The notes under the pieces: model-generated
What the model saw: the letters and a program-made list of their open reading frames with translations, nothing else
Told to the model about the DNA's origin: nothing
The model's database searches: none
Position numbers and translations under genes: made by a program
NCBI GenBank assembly: GCA_900546695.1
Contig: URDX01000009.1
Location: forward strand, 1,271-65,270
Direction: 5' to 3'
DNA: 64,000 nucleotides
Source: an uncultured Eubacteriales bacterium
GTDB lineage: Bacteria; Bacillota; Clostridia; Oscillospirales; CAG-272
Part shown: in pieces, positions 37,551 to 48,831 of the stretch
Layout of the letters: the number at the start of each line of letters is the position of its first letter
Position numbering within the stretch: position 1 is the first letter of the stretch

Positions 37551-37579
37551 TTGATTTATTGCTCGGGATATGATATAAT
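37551..37579 (+). promoter_or_regulatory. Sigma-A type promoter for the EIIC-like gene
   Basis: TTGATT (37551-37556), a 17-nt spacer, then TGaTATAAT (37571-37579). Confidence 0.5.
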
Positions 37580-37641
37580 GGCGCAAATTAACATTTTTAC
37601 CGCGACACGCGGATACCGCGCTCACGGAGAAAGGCACCGTA

Positions 37642-38703
37642 ATGGCAGAACAAGCAAAACAGGGCAGAGTCAAGAGACTGCTCCATCGGTATTTCATTGA
37701 CGCTATGGGGGCGATGGCGCTCGGACTGTTCGCAACGCTCCTCCTCTCCACCATCCTCTCCACCGTCGCAAAGTACATTTCGCTCGGGTGGCTGTCGGAC
37801 GCACTGAACGAGATGGCAGGGTACGCAAGCAAGGCTACGGGTATGGCTATCGGCGTTGCCGTCGCGCAGGCGCTCGGCGCGCATCCGTTCGTGCTCTTTG
37901 CATGCACAGCGGTCGGCGGAGCAAGCTACGCGATGGGTACGACCATCTCCACCACTGCGGGTGAAATAGCATATTCCGCAGGACCTGCGGGCGTATTCTT
38001 TGCGGTGATCGTCGCCGCAGAGGTCGGAATGCTGGTATCTAAGAAAACGAAGATAGACATTCTCGTCACCCCGATTGTAACGCTTGTATCGGGCTACACA
38101 GTCGCCCGTCTTATCTGCCCCGCAGTCGCGTACGTTATGTACTGGCTCGGCGACTTTATCAACACCGCTACCGAGCTGCAGCCGCTGCTTATGGGCATTG
38201 TTATCGCCGTAGTCGTCGGTATTATTCTGACGCTGCCGATATCGAGCGCCGCTATCTGCGCGATGATAGGTATATCGGGTCTTGCCGGCGGTGCGGCTGC
38301 GGTCGGCTGCTGCGCACAGATGGTCGGCTTTGCTGCAATTTCGTTCCGTGAGAACCGCTGGGGCGGCGTTGTCGCTCAGGGTCTGGGAACAAGTATGCTG
38401 CAGATGGGCAACATCTGCAAAAAGCCGCAGATATGGATACCGCCTACACTCGCCGCCGCCGTCTGCGGACCGCTTTCTACTCTTGTTTTCGGTCTGCGCT
38501 GCGAGGGCGTGAGCGCGGGAATGGGTACATGCGGACTTGTCGGACCGCTCGGTATCATCTCCGCTACAGAGCATACGCCGCTCATGTGGGTCGGCATTCT
38601 GCTGCTCTGCATCGTGCTCCCCGCGCTGCTATCTATCGCATTTAATGAGATACTGCGCGCTCTCGGACTTGTCAAGACGGGCGATATGAAGCTCGATCTT
38701 TGA
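37642..38703 (+). CDS. Polytopic membrane protein, PTS EIIC_2-like permease family
   Basis: 353 aa with about 10 TM segments. The family assignment is from memory of PF13303-like proteins. No EIIA or EIIB genes are nearby. Confidence 0.45.
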   Translation: MAEQAKQGRVKRLLHRYFIDAMGAMALGLFATLLLSTILSTVAKYISLGWLSDALNEMAGYASKATGMAIGVAVAQALGAHPFVLFACTAVGGASYAMGTTISTTAGEIAYSAGPAGVFFAVIVAAEVGMLVSKKTKIDILVTPIVTLVSGYTVARLICPAVAYVMYWLGDFINTATELQPLLMGIVIAVVVGIILTLPISSAAICAMIGISGLAGGAAAVGCCAQMVGFAAISFRENRWGGVVAQGLGTSMLQMGNICKKPQIWIPPTLAAAVCGPLSTLVFGLRCEGVSAGMGTCGLVGPLGIISATEHTPLMWVGILLLCIVLPALLSIAFNEILRALGLVKTGDMKLDL

Positions 38704-38856
38704 TGGTTGCGCCTCTCGGCTGTCTGCGCAAAGTGCTGTATGGCTGTCGGGCGGCGTTTGCGCACTGTCCGCACGATGCTGTGCGGCGTAATGCCTGTCG
38801 GATTCGGTCGAAAGATTAATAATTTGAAAACAAATTATAATATGCCGTATTAGCTC

Positions 38857-38885
38857 TTGACAAGCGTGTATAATTGTGCTACAAT
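38857..38885 (+). promoter_or_regulatory. Consensus sigma-A promoter of the ilv-leu operon
   Basis: TTGACA (38857-38862), exactly 17 nt, then TACAAT (38880-38885). Confidence 0.7.
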
Positions 38886-38910
38886 GCAGAAAAATTAAAT
38901 ATTTTACAAT

Positions 38911-39094
38911 GGCTGAGACGAAGAATGGACTCTGAGAAGAACGGCGTAGAGAATCGGTGGGTGGTGAAAACCGATGTGTTGAATATCCCAGTCCTCTCAC
39001 TTCCGAGCCGGGAGCCTGAAGCCGAAAAGGTGTGTAGGGCGCTCCGTGTATGCTACGTCAGTGCATAGAGGTTAATAGACTTCGATCGAGCAAA
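38911..39094 (+). promoter_or_regulatory. T-box-like module 1: Stem I plus Stem II/IIA-B with a putative Leu (CUC) specifier and no antiterminator or terminator of its own
   Basis: - Base pairing GGCU/AGCC and GAAG/CUUC, with a K-turn-like GAGAC.
- AG bulge AGAGA (38948-38952) and distal loop GGUGAAA (38963-38969).
- CUC-A (38996-38999) sits immediately 5' of the closing CUUCCGAGCC.
- Stem II pairs GGAGC (39011-39015) with GCUCC (39041-39045). Confidence 0.55.
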
Positions 39095-39378
39095 GGCTGC
39101 GACGAAGACGGAGTCTGCAGAGTTGTTTTCCGAGCGAGTCGGGGACGGTGTGAGCCCGACGAAACACAGCAGTTCTTCCCATCACTTCCGAGCCGGAGAC
39201 CCGAAGGGCATCGCCCGTAGATATCTCCCGTGAATGCTACGTCAGTGCATAGAAGTTGATTGACTTCGAAGAGGTGGCGGACCGTGTCCGCAATTTGAGT
39301 GGTACCGCGAGTGCTGTACTTTGTATCATCACCCGTCTCAAAGCAATTTTTAACGGCTTTGAGGCGGGTTTTTGCTTT
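39095..39378 (+). promoter_or_regulatory. T-box riboswitch (module 2) with a putative Ile (AUC) specifier, Stem III, T-box motif and terminator
   Basis: - Same architecture as module 1: AG bulge AGCGA (39133-39137) and distal loop GGUGUGA (39147-39153).
- AUC-A (39181-39184) precedes CUUCCGAGCC.
- Stem II pairs GGAGA with UCUCC.
- Stem III is GCGGAC-cgt-GUCCGC (39277-39291).
- The T-box motif is AAUUUGAGUGGUACCGCG (39292-39309).
- UUUGAG can pair with CUCAAA in the 5' arm of the terminator. Confidence 0.8.
39332..39378 (+). terminator. T-box-controlled intrinsic terminator
   Basis: 13-bp stem, CCCGTCTCAAAGC (39332-39344) with GCTTTGAGGCGGG (39356-39368), followed by TTTTTGCTTT. Confidence 0.8.
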
Positions 39379-39421
39379 GTCGCGGAGCCGACATTTCGTA
39401 AAAAAGAAAGGCGGAATAACG

Positions 39422-40612
39422 ATGTTATCTCTCGACAAGGTTTTTAATGCTCAGATGGTGCTTAAGAGCATCATCCGCGAAACGAATGTGGTCAGAGCAT
39501 ACGGAATTGCTCCCGAGTGCGAGCTGTATCTAAAGCCCGAAAACCTACAGATCACGGGCTCCTTCAAGGTAAGAGGCTCTGCCTACAAGATAGCCATGCT
39601 GTCCGAGGAGGAAAAGGCGCGCGGCGTTATCGCATGCTCTGCGGGAAACCACGCACAGGGTGTTGCGCTTGCTGCGACAAAGAACGGTATAAAATCGCTT
39701 ATCTGCCTGCCCGATACCGCACCGATATCAAAGGTCGAGGCTACAAAGGGCTTCGGCGCGGATGTATGTCTTGTCGAGGGCTGCTATGACGATGCTTATA
39801 GGAAGGCTATCGAGCTTCGCGACAGCGATGGCTATACCTTCGTTCATCCGTTCGATGATGAGAACGTTATCGCGGGTCAGGGAACCATCGCGCTTGAGAT
39901 ACTCAGCGACCTTGACAACATTGATGCTATCGTCGTTCCGATAGGAGGCGGCGGACTTATCTCGGGCATCGCGTATACCGCAAAGCAGATACGCCCGTCT
40001 ATCAAGATATACGGCGTTCAGGCGGCGGGCGCACCCAGCATGTATAACTCGGTAAAGGACGGCGAGATAGAGTGTCTGCCGTCGGTCTCCACCATCGCAG
40101 ACGGCATCGCGGTAAAGCAGCCGGGCGATAATACCTTTACACTTGTCAGTGAATATGTCGACGAGATAGCGCTTGTCACCGACGATGAGATATCGAGTGC
40201 TATCCTCGCGCTTATCGAGAAGCAAAAGATGATAGCTGAGGGCGCGGGCGCGACGGCGGTCGCTGCCGTGATGGCGGGTAAGTTCGATCTGCGCGGCAAG
40301 CGCGTCGTCGCCGTCGTGTCGGGCGGCAATATCGACGTCACGAGTCTGTCGCGCGTTATCGACCGCGGTCTGCGCAATTCGGGACGCTCCTCAAGCATGC
40401 TGATAGAGCTGCTTGACAAGCCCGGTCAGCTCAAGGAGATATCTAGCATCATCGCCGACTGCGGCGCAAACGTCACGGGCGTTCATTACGAGAAGGGCAA
40501 CACCGAAAGCGTCAACGGCTGCTTCCTGCGCGTCGAGATGGAGACGAGGAATTTTGACCATCTGCATGCCATCACAAAGCGGCTGCGCGACGAGGGCTTT
40601 AAGATAGTATAA
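39422..40612 (+). CDS. ilvA: Threonine ammonia-lyase (threonine dehydratase) with a C-terminal ACT-like domain
   Basis: Start at the ATG at 39422, downstream of the terminator. PLP-lysine motif ITGSFKVRGS, plus SAGNHAQGVALAA and GGGGLISG. Confidence 0.85.
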   Translation: MLSLDKVFNAQMVLKSIIRETNVVRAYGIAPECELYLKPENLQITGSFKVRGSAYKIAMLSEEEKARGVIACSAGNHAQGVALAATKNGIKSLICLPDTAPISKVEATKGFGADVCLVEGCYDDAYRKAIELRDSDGYTFVHPFDDENVIAGQGTIALEILSDLDNIDAIVVPIGGGGLISGIAYTAKQIRPSIKIYGVQAAGAPSMYNSVKDGEIECLPSVSTIADGIAVKQPGDNTFTLVSEYVDEIALVTDDEISSAILALIEKQKMIAEGAGATAVAAVMAGKFDLRGKRVVAVVSGGNIDVTSLSRVIDRGLRNSGRSSSMLIELLDKPGQLKEISSIIADCGANVTGVHYEKGNTESVNGCFLRVEMETRNFDHLHAITKRLRDEGFKIV

Positions 40613-40695
40613 GGAATTTACAAGTCAAAACGGCATAGGGCGAAGCCTTTAAGACAAGCTTTAAGAAATATAACTTTTTGACGGAGGATATAACA

Positions 40696-41073
40696 ATGAG
40701 CAACAAGATACACACAAACGACGCACCCGCAGCGATAGGGCCGTATTCTCAGGCTGTATCGGTCGGAAACCTTGTATTTACATCGGGTCAGATCGCGCTT
40801 GACCCCGCGACGGGAGCGATGGTCGAGGGCGGTATCGCAGAGCAGACACACCGCATCTGCCGCAATCTCGAGGCGGTGCTTGCAGCGGCCGGAGCATCCA
40901 CCCGCAGCGCAGTAAAAACGGTCTGCTTCCTCGCAGATATGGCTGATTTTGCAGTCTTCAACGAGGTCTACGGACAGTATTTCTCCGAGAAGCCCGCGCG
41001 CTCCTGCGTTGCGGTAAAAGCCCTACCGAAAGGAGCACTTGCAGAGGTAGAAGTAATCGCGGAGAAGGAGTAA
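40696..41073 (+). CDS. ridA: RidA/YjgF-family reactive enamine/imine deaminase
   Basis: Start at the ATG at 40696 after [28 protein letters not shown] and [23 protein letters not shown]. Confidence 0.85.
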   Translation: MSNKIHTNDAPAAIGPYSQAVSVGNLVFTSGQIALDPATGAMVEGGIAEQTHRICRNLEAVLAAAGASTRSAVKTVCFLADMADFAVFNEVYGQYFSEKPARSCVAVKALPKGALAEVEVIAEKE

Positions 41074-41080
41074 ACACAAA

Positions 41081-42751
41081 ATGATGGATTCAAGCAAATA
41101 TCATATCGGATATTTCCCGGTCGATAAGAAATATAACAAATGGGTAGAGCGCGACCGTGTCGAAAAGCCTCCCGTGTGGTGCAGCGTCGACATGCGTGAC
41201 GGCAATCAGAGCCTTGTTATTCCGATGAGCCTTGAAGAAAAGCTCGAGTATTATAAGGTGCTGCTTTCGGTCGGCTTTAAGGAGATAGAGGTCGGATTTC
41301 CCGCAGCGAGCGAGACGGAGTACGAATTCCTGCGCACGCTGATAGATAACGACATGATACCGTCCGATGTGACTGTGCAGGTACTCACACAGTGCCGCGA
41401 GCACATTATCCGTCGCACGTTTGAGGCATGCAAGGGCGCACCGAGCGCTATCATCCATTTCTACAATTCGACAAGCGTTGCTCAGCGCGAGCAGGTGTTC
41501 AAGAAGTCGAAGGAGGAGATAAAGCAGATAGCCGTCGACGGCGCAAAGCTCGTAAAGCGCCTTGCATCCGAGTATGAGGGCAATTTCCGATTCGAGTATT
41601 CGCCCGAGTCGTTCACGGGAACCGAGCCCGAATATGCGCTCGAGGTATGCAACGCGGTGCTTGACGTGCTCGAGCCGAGCGAGGATAACAACGTTATAAT
41701 CAATCTCCCCGTGACCGTTGAGATGAGCATGCCGCATGTGTACGCATCGCAGATAGAATATATGTGTGAGAATCTGCACTACCGCGAGCATGTGACCGTA
41801 TCGCTCCACCCGCACAACGACAGAGGTACGGGCGTTGCGGATGCAGAGCTTGCACTGCTTGCGGGTGCTGACAGGGTCGAGGGAACGCTGTTCGGAAACG
41901 GTGAGCGCACGGGCAACGTCGATATTATCACGCTTGCCATGAATATGTATTCTCACGGTGTCGATCCCGGGCTTGATTTTTCGGACATGCCGTCGCTCGT
42001 CGAAAAGTACGAGAACTGCACACGGATGCATGTCTATGAGAGAGCACCGTACGCGGGCGCGCTGGTGTTTGCCGCGTTCTCGGGCTCGCATCAGGATGCC
42101 ATCGCAAAGGGCATGAAATACCGCGCGAAGAAGCAGCTGCACGAGTGGACGGTTCCGTATATTCCGATAGACCCGAAGGATATCGGCAGGACGTACGATG
42201 CGGATGTTATACGCGTAAATTCCCAGTCGGGCAAGGGCGGCATCGGCTATCTGCTCGAGCAGAGCTACGGCTACAATCTGCCCGCTAAGATGCGCGAGGA
42301 TTTCAGCTATCTGTGTAAGGAGATATCCGACCGGGAGCACAAGGAGCTCAAGCCCGACGAGGTGCTTGAGATTTTCACCGAGCATTATCTGAATCTCCGC
42401 GGCGATATCGAGGTCACCGATTTCGATTTCGAGCGCGTGAACGATGCGGTAAAGATAGACGTGACCTTCCGTCGGGGCGATACCGAGACCGAGCTTGAGG
42501 CTGAGGGCAACGGAACGCTCAGCGCAGTCAACAATGCGCTCAGCGAGCTGACGGGCGAGCAGTACACGCTGCAGGTATACACGCAGCACAGCATGCAGGG
42601 CGAGGGTTCGCGCAGTGTTGCGGCGTCGTATATCGGACTCGAGCGCGAGGACGGCAGAATGTTCTGGGGCGCGGGCACCGATACCGACGTTATCAAGGCT
42701 AATACAAACGCGCTGCTCAGCGCATTCTATAATATGACAAGGGAGGCGTGA
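41081..42751 (+). CDS. leuA: 2-isopropylmalate synthase, long (LeuA type 2) form
   Basis: 556 aa. [35 protein letters not shown], and a C-terminal regulatory domain. Confidence 0.9.
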   Translation: MMDSSKYHIGYFPVDKKYNKWVERDRVEKPPVWCSVDMRDGNQSLVIPMSLEEKLEYYKVLLSVGFKEIEVGFPAASETEYEFLRTLIDNDMIPSDVTVQVLTQCREHIIRRTFEACKGAPSAIIHFYNSTSVAQREQVFKKSKEEIKQIAVDGAKLVKRLASEYEGNFRFEYSPESFTGTEPEYALEVCNAVLDVLEPSEDNNVIINLPVTVEMSMPHVYASQIEYMCENLHYREHVTVSLHPHNDRGTGVADAELALLAGADRVEGTLFGNGERTGNVDIITLAMNMYSHGVDPGLDFSDMPSLVEKYENCTRMHVYERAPYAGALVFAAFSGSHQDAIAKGMKYRAKKQLHEWTVPYIPIDPKDIGRTYDADVIRVNSQSGKGGIGYLLEQSYGYNLPAKMREDFSYLCKEISDREHKELKPDEVLEIFTEHYLNLRGDIEVTDFDFERVNDAVKIDVTFRRGDTETELEAEGNGTLSAVNNALSELTGEQYTLQVYTQHSMQGEGSRSVAASYIGLEREDGRMFWGAGTDTDVIKANTNALLSAFYNMTREA

Positions 42752-42755
42752 GACG

Positions 42756-44015
42756 ATGGGAATGACTATGACACAGAAGATCCTCGCCGCACACTCAGGA
42801 CTTGACAGAGTAACCGCGGGGCAGCTGATAAGCGCGCGCCTCGACATAGTACTCGGCAACGACATCACAACGCCCGTTGCCGTAAACGAATTCCGCAAGG
42901 CGGGCTTTGACTCGGTTTTCGATAAGAACCGCGTTGCGATAGTGCTCGACCATTTTGTACCTAACAAGGATATAAAGGCTGCGGAGCAGTCAAAGACCTG
43001 CCGCGAGTTTGCATGCGAGCACTGCGTCAGTCACTTTTACGACGTAGGAAAGATGGGTATCGAGCACGCGCTGCTCCCCGAGCAGGGGGTAGTCACCGCG
43101 GGCGACTGTATCATCGGCGCAGACAGCCATACCTGCACTTACGGCGCGCTCGGCGCGTTCTCTACGGGCGTAGGCTCTACCGATATGGCGGCGGGAATGG
43201 CGACGGGTACGGCATGGTTCAAGGTCCCGTCGGCGATAAAACTCGTACTGCACGGCAAGCTTCCCGCAGGCTGCAGCGGAAAGGATGTTATCCTGACCGT
43301 TATCGGCATGATAGGCGTAGACGGCGCACTGTACAAGAGCATGGAATTTGTCGGCGACGGCGTTGCCGCACTCTCGATGGACGACCGCCTCTGCATCTGC
43401 AATATGGCTATAGAGGCAGGCGCAAAGAACGGAATATTCCCCGTTGACGACGTTACGCTCGGATATCTGCGCGGCAGAAGCGAGCGCGAGCCCGTTATAT
43501 ACACAGCAGACCCCGACGCAGAGTATGAGCGTGTTATCGACATTGATCTCGCATCGATAAAGCCGACCGTAGCATGCCCGCATCTGCCCGAGAACACCCG
43601 CCCCGCAAGCGAGCTGCACGATATAAGGATAGATCAGGTCGTTATCGGCTCGTGCACTAACGGGCGTCTCGAGGATATGGAGGCTGCCTATAACATTCTG
43701 AGGGGCGGGCACATTGCGGACGGCGTTCGCTGCATCATAATTCCCGCAACGATGAAGATACTGCGCGAGTGCGTCGAGCGCGGATGGTATACCGCATTTA
43801 TCGACGCGGGCGCGGTCGTTTCGACACCGACCTGCGGACCGTGTCTCGGCGGCTACATGGGAATTCTCGCGGCGGGAGAGCGCTGCATCGCGACAACCAA
43901 CCGCAATTTCGTAGGGCGCATGGGTCATGTCGACAGCGAGGTTTATCTTGCATCCCCGCAGACCGCTGCGGCAAGTGCGCTCGCAGGTTATATCACCGAG
44001 TATAAGGAGGCGTGA
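42756..44015 (+). CDS. leuC: 3-isopropylmalate dehydratase large subunit
   Basis: Aconitase-type motifs [14 protein letters not shown] and CGPCLG. Located in the leu gene context. Confidence 0.9.
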   Translation: MGMTMTQKILAAHSGLDRVTAGQLISARLDIVLGNDITTPVAVNEFRKAGFDSVFDKNRVAIVLDHFVPNKDIKAAEQSKTCREFACEHCVSHFYDVGKMGIEHALLPEQGVVTAGDCIIGADSHTCTYGALGAFSTGVGSTDMAAGMATGTAWFKVPSAIKLVLHGKLPAGCSGKDVILTVIGMIGVDGALYKSMEFVGDGVAALSMDDRLCICNMAIEAGAKNGIFPVDDVTLGYLRGRSEREPVIYTADPDAEYERVIDIDLASIKPTVACPHLPENTRPASELHDIRIDQVVIGSCTNGRLEDMEAAYNILRGGHIADGVRCIIIPATMKILRECVERGWYTAFIDAGAVVSTPTCGPCLGGYMGILAAGERCIATTNRNFVGRMGHVDSEVYLASPQTAAASALAGYITEYKEA

Positions 44016-44018
44016 GCG

Positions 44019-44513
44019 ATGAATACACAGGGCAAGGTTTTTAAGTATCCCGACAACGTCGATACCGATGTTATCATTCCCGCGCGCTACCTTAACACCT
44101 CCGATGCTGCGGAGCTTGCACAGCACTGCATGGAGGATATCGACCCGTCGTTTGTCGGCAGGGTCAGCGCGGGCGACGTTATGGTCGCGGGCTGGAACTT
44201 CGGCTGCGGCTCGTCGCGTGAGCACGCACCTCTCGTTATCAAGACATGCGGCACGGGCTGCGTTATTGCTAAGAGCTTTGCGCGCATCTTCTATCGCAAC
44301 GCGATAAACATCGGTCTGCCCATTCTCGAATGCGAGCAGGCTGCGGAGGAGATTTCAGCGGGCGATGAGATCAGGGTCGATTTCGACACGGGAGAGATAA
44401 GCGACATCACCACCGGTAAAACATATAAGGCACAGCCGTTCCCTCCGTTTATTCAGAACATAATCAGGTGCGGCGGACTGCTTAAATCGCTGAAGGAGAA
44501 GGGCAATGAATAA
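44019..44513 (+). CDS. leuD: 3-isopropylmalate dehydratase small subunit
   Basis: 164 aa. [13 protein letters not shown] and [12 protein letters not shown]. Confidence 0.9.
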   Translation: MNTQGKVFKYPDNVDTDVIIPARYLNTSDAAELAQHCMEDIDPSFVGRVSAGDVMVAGWNFGCGSSREHAPLVIKTCGTGCVIAKSFARIFYRNAINIGLPILECEQAAEEISAGDEIRVDFDTGEISDITTGKTYKAQPFPPFIQNIIRCGGLLKSLKEKGNE

Positions 44514-45573
44514 GAATATAGCGGTAATCCGCGGCGACGGCATAGGTCCCGAGACAGTCGGTCAAGCGCTGCGCGTGCTCGACCGCGTAGCCGAGCTTTA
44601 CGGGCATAGCTTTACGTATACGGATGTTGACATGGGCGGCTGCGCAATTGATAAGTTCGGCGACCCGCTCCCCGATTCGGAACTTGAAAAATGCGTCGGC
44701 TCAGACAGCGTTCTGCTCGGCGCCGTCGGCGGCAGCAAGTGGAACGGTCTGCCGGGCGAGAAGCGCCCCGAGAAGGGTCTGCTGCGCCTGAGAGCCGGCA
44801 TGGGTGTTTACTCGAACAACCGTCCTGCTAAGATATGGCATCAGCTTGCAGAGGCATCGCCGCTGAAAAGCTCTATCGTCGACCGCGGCATAGACTTTAT
44901 TATCGTGCGCGAGCTCATCGGCGGTATCTATTTCGGTGAGCATATCACAGAAGGGGATACGGCTACCGACGTGCTCAGATACCGCGTGCCCGAGATAGAA
45001 CGTGTCGGAAGAATAGGCTTTGAGACCGCGCGCCGCCGCTCGCACCGTCTCTGCTCGGTAGAAAAGAGCAACGTTCTTGATTCGAGCCGTTTGTGGAAGA
45101 AGGTCATGCACCGTCTCGCTGGGGAGTATCCCGATGTTGAGCTTTCGGATATGCTCGTAGACAACTGCGCTATGCAGATAGTAAAGAATCCATCGCAGTT
45201 CGACGTTATAGTGACCGAGAACATGTTCGGTGATATTCTCTCCGATGAGGCTTCCATGATAACGGGCTCTATCGGAATGATTCCGTCGTCGAGTCTCGGC
45301 GCGACCTCCTGCGGACTTTACGAGCCGATACATGGCTCTGCGCCCGATATCGCGGGCAAGGATATCGCAAACCCGATTGGCACAATCCTCTCGGCTGCAA
45401 TGATGCTGCACTACAGCTTCGACATGCCGCAGGAGGCGGATGCCATCGAGCGCGCGGTGTCCGATTTCCTCGACGCAGGCTACCGCACGGCGGATATTAT
45501 GAGCAAGGGCAAGACCGAGGTGGGCTGCAGCCGCTGCGGTGAGCTCATCACGGGTTATCTCAGAAAGGAGTGA
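44506..45573 (+). CDS. leuB: 3-isopropylmalate dehydrogenase
   Basis: [43 protein letters not shown] and [10 protein letters not shown]. Overlaps leuD by 8 nt. Confidence 0.9.
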   Translation: MNKNIAVIRGDGIGPETVGQALRVLDRVAELYGHSFTYTDVDMGGCAIDKFGDPLPDSELEKCVGSDSVLLGAVGGSKWNGLPGEKRPEKGLLRLRAGMGVYSNNRPAKIWHQLAEASPLKSSIVDRGIDFIIVRELIGGIYFGEHITEGDTATDVLRYRVPEIERVGRIGFETARRRSHRLCSVEKSNVLDSSRLWKKVMHRLAGEYPDVELSDMLVDNCAMQIVKNPSQFDVIVTENMFGDILSDEASMITGSIGMIPSSSLGATSCGLYEPIHGSAPDIAGKDIANPIGTILSAAMMLHYSFDMPQEADAIERAVSDFLDAGYRTADIMSKGKTEVGCSRCGELITGYLRKE

Positions 45574-45578
45574 TGTAA

Positions 45579-47249
45579 ATGCGGCTTTCCGGCGCAGATA
45601 TCATTGTCAAAGTAATAATAGAGCAGGGCTGCGATACCGTTTTCGGCTATCCCGGCGGACAGATACTCAATGTATACGACAGTCTCTACGCACATCAGAA
45701 CGAAATAAATCATATACTCACGGCGCATGAGCAGGGCGCGGCACACGCCGCAGACGGCTATGCGAGAACTACGGGCAAGGTCGGCGTTGTTATCTCAACG
45801 TCGGGTCCCGGCGCTACGAATCTTGTCACGGGCATCGCTACCGCATGCCTTGACTCCATCCCGATGGTCGCTATCTGCGGAAACGTTCCTACGACGCAGA
45901 TAGGCACAGACAGCTTTCAGGAGATAGACATCACGGGCGTCACGCTCCCGATAACAAAGCATAACTATTTTGTAGGCAGCGTTGAGGAGCTTGCCGACAC
46001 GATACGTGAGGCTTTCGCGCTTGCAGCGTCGGGCAGACCGGGTCCCGTGCTTATCGACGTGCCGAAGGATGTTCAGGTCGCGTGCTGCGAATATGAGCCG
46101 CAGCCGCCCGCAAAGCCCGAACCCCCGAAGGCGGCGAAGGAGATACGCATAAAGGAGGCAGCCGGGTATATCAACGCTGCGCGTCGACCCTATATCTATT
46201 TCGGCGGCGGTCTGATAACCGCAGGCGCGCAGGAGCAGATGCTCCGTCTCGCCGATGCCATCGACGCACCGATAGGCTGTTCTCTCATGGGCATATCGGG
46301 CATCCCGACCGACCATCCGCGTTTTCTCGGAATGCAGGGTATGCACGGTCACTATGCATCCTCGATGGCGATGCACCATGCCGACCTTATTATCTCGCTC
46401 GGCGTTCGCTTCAACGACCGTGTAACGGGCAACAGACAGAAGTTTGCAACGGGAGCTAAGATAGTGCACATCGATGTTGACGGCTCCGAGCTTTCAAAGA
46501 CGGTCAGTGCCGTATGCGGTCTGCGCGGCGATGTCAGGCTTACGCTTGATGCGCTGCTCCCGCTCATCACTGCGGGCGAAAAGTCCGAATGGAGAGCGGA
46601 GGTCGACGGCTTCCGCGCAAAGGAGGACGAATATCTCGACCGCAGAGAGGGCATGACCCCGAGAAAAGCCATAATTACGCTTAATCGCCATCTCGGTGAG
46701 AATACCGCCGTTTGTACCGACGTCGGTCAGCATCAAATGTGGGCTGCGCAGAATCTTTCGTTCCGCACTCCCCGCAGATTCGTATCGAGCGGCGGCCTCG
46801 GAACGATGGGCTTCGGCTTAGGCGCGGCTATCGGCGCAGCTTTCGGAACGCGCGAGCGCAGCGTACTCATAACGGGCGACGGCAGCTTCGGCATGTGTCT
46901 GCAGGAGCTCGCGACCGCCGTTACCTACAATATTCCGATTGTCATTCTTATCCTCAATAATGGCGTGCTCGGAATGGTACGTCAGTGGCAGACGCTGTTC
47001 TTCAACAAGCATTATTCGAATACCGTACTTAACCGCAAGACCGACTTTCCCGCGTTTGCCCGCTCGTTCGGTGCAGACGGCGAGACGGTCTGTACGCCCG
47101 AAGAGCTCGACGCAGCTCTCACGCGCGCATTCGACGCGGAGGAACCGTACATCGTCGACTGCCGCATAGACAAGGACGAGCTTGTGCTTCCGATGCTCCC
47201 GCCGGGCGGCAGCATGGATGATATTATCGTAAAGGCGGAGGTGCAGTGA
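45579..47249 (+). CDS. ilvB: Acetolactate synthase large subunit
   Basis: ThDP-enzyme motifs GYPGGQILNVYD, TSGPGATN and GLGTMGFGLGAAIGA...GDGSF. Confidence 0.9.
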   Translation: MRLSGADIIVKVIIEQGCDTVFGYPGGQILNVYDSLYAHQNEINHILTAHEQGAAHAADGYARTTGKVGVVISTSGPGATNLVTGIATACLDSIPMVAICGNVPTTQIGTDSFQEIDITGVTLPITKHNYFVGSVEELADTIREAFALAASGRPGPVLIDVPKDVQVACCEYEPQPPAKPEPPKAAKEIRIKEAAGYINAARRPYIYFGGGLITAGAQEQMLRLADAIDAPIGCSLMGISGIPTDHPRFLGMQGMHGHYASSMAMHHADLIISLGVRFNDRVTGNRQKFATGAKIVHIDVDGSELSKTVSAVCGLRGDVRLTLDALLPLITAGEKSEWRAEVDGFRAKEDEYLDRREGMTPRKAIITLNRHLGENTAVCTDVGQHQMWAAQNLSFRTPRRFVSSGGLGTMGFGLGAAIGAAFGTRERSVLITGDGSFGMCLQELATAVTYNIPIVILILNNGVLGMVRQWQTLFFNKHYSNTVLNRKTDFPAFARSFGADGETVCTPEELDAALTRAFDAEEPYIVDCRIDKDELVLPMLPPGGSMDDIIVKAEVQ

Positions 47250-47755
47250 TGAACAAGTATACGGTAGCCGTACTCGTACGGAATCAGTTCGGTGTGCTCA
47301 ACCGCGTAACAAGTCTTTTCCGCCGCCGTCAGTTCAACATCAGCGCGCTGACGGTCAGCGAGACCGAGACGAGCGATCTCTCGCGCATCACCGTCGTTTT
47401 CGACGGCGAGGAGACCTCAAAGCAGCAGCTCATCAATCAGCTCTATAAGCTGCCCGATGTTTGCTCCATCAAGGAATTCAGCGAGGATAACTCGGTCAGC
47501 TGCGAGCTTCTGCTCATAAAGATGCTGAACGAGCCCGAGTCGCGGGACGATATTCAGCGCGCGGCGGACGCTTTCGGCGCAGTCACCGTTGACTATTCAA
47601 AGGATTATATAACCTTCCGCCTGACCGACAGCTCGAGGAGGATTGACGATTTTATCAACATTCTCCGCGATTATACCATTCTCGAGATATGCCGCACGGG
47701 CAGCGTCTCGCTCGAAAAGGGCAGCACCACTATCCGTCAGGTAATCAACCTTTAA
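47246..47755 (+). CDS. ilvN: Acetolactate synthase small (regulatory) subunit
   Basis: ACT-domain N-terminus VLVRNQFGVLNRVTSLFRRRQFNISALTV. Overlaps ilvB by 4 nt. Confidence 0.85.
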   Translation: MMNKYTVAVLVRNQFGVLNRVTSLFRRRQFNISALTVSETETSDLSRITVVFDGEETSKQQLINQLYKLPDVCSIKEFSEDNSVSCELLLIKMLNEPESRDDIQRAADAFGAVTVDYSKDYITFRLTDSSRRIDDFINILRDYTILEICRTGSVSLEKGSTTIRQVINL

Positions 47756-47768
47756 TTTTACGCATTAA

Positions 47769-48818
<1,050 letters not shown>

Positions 48819-48831
48819 TCGGAGGCATTTT

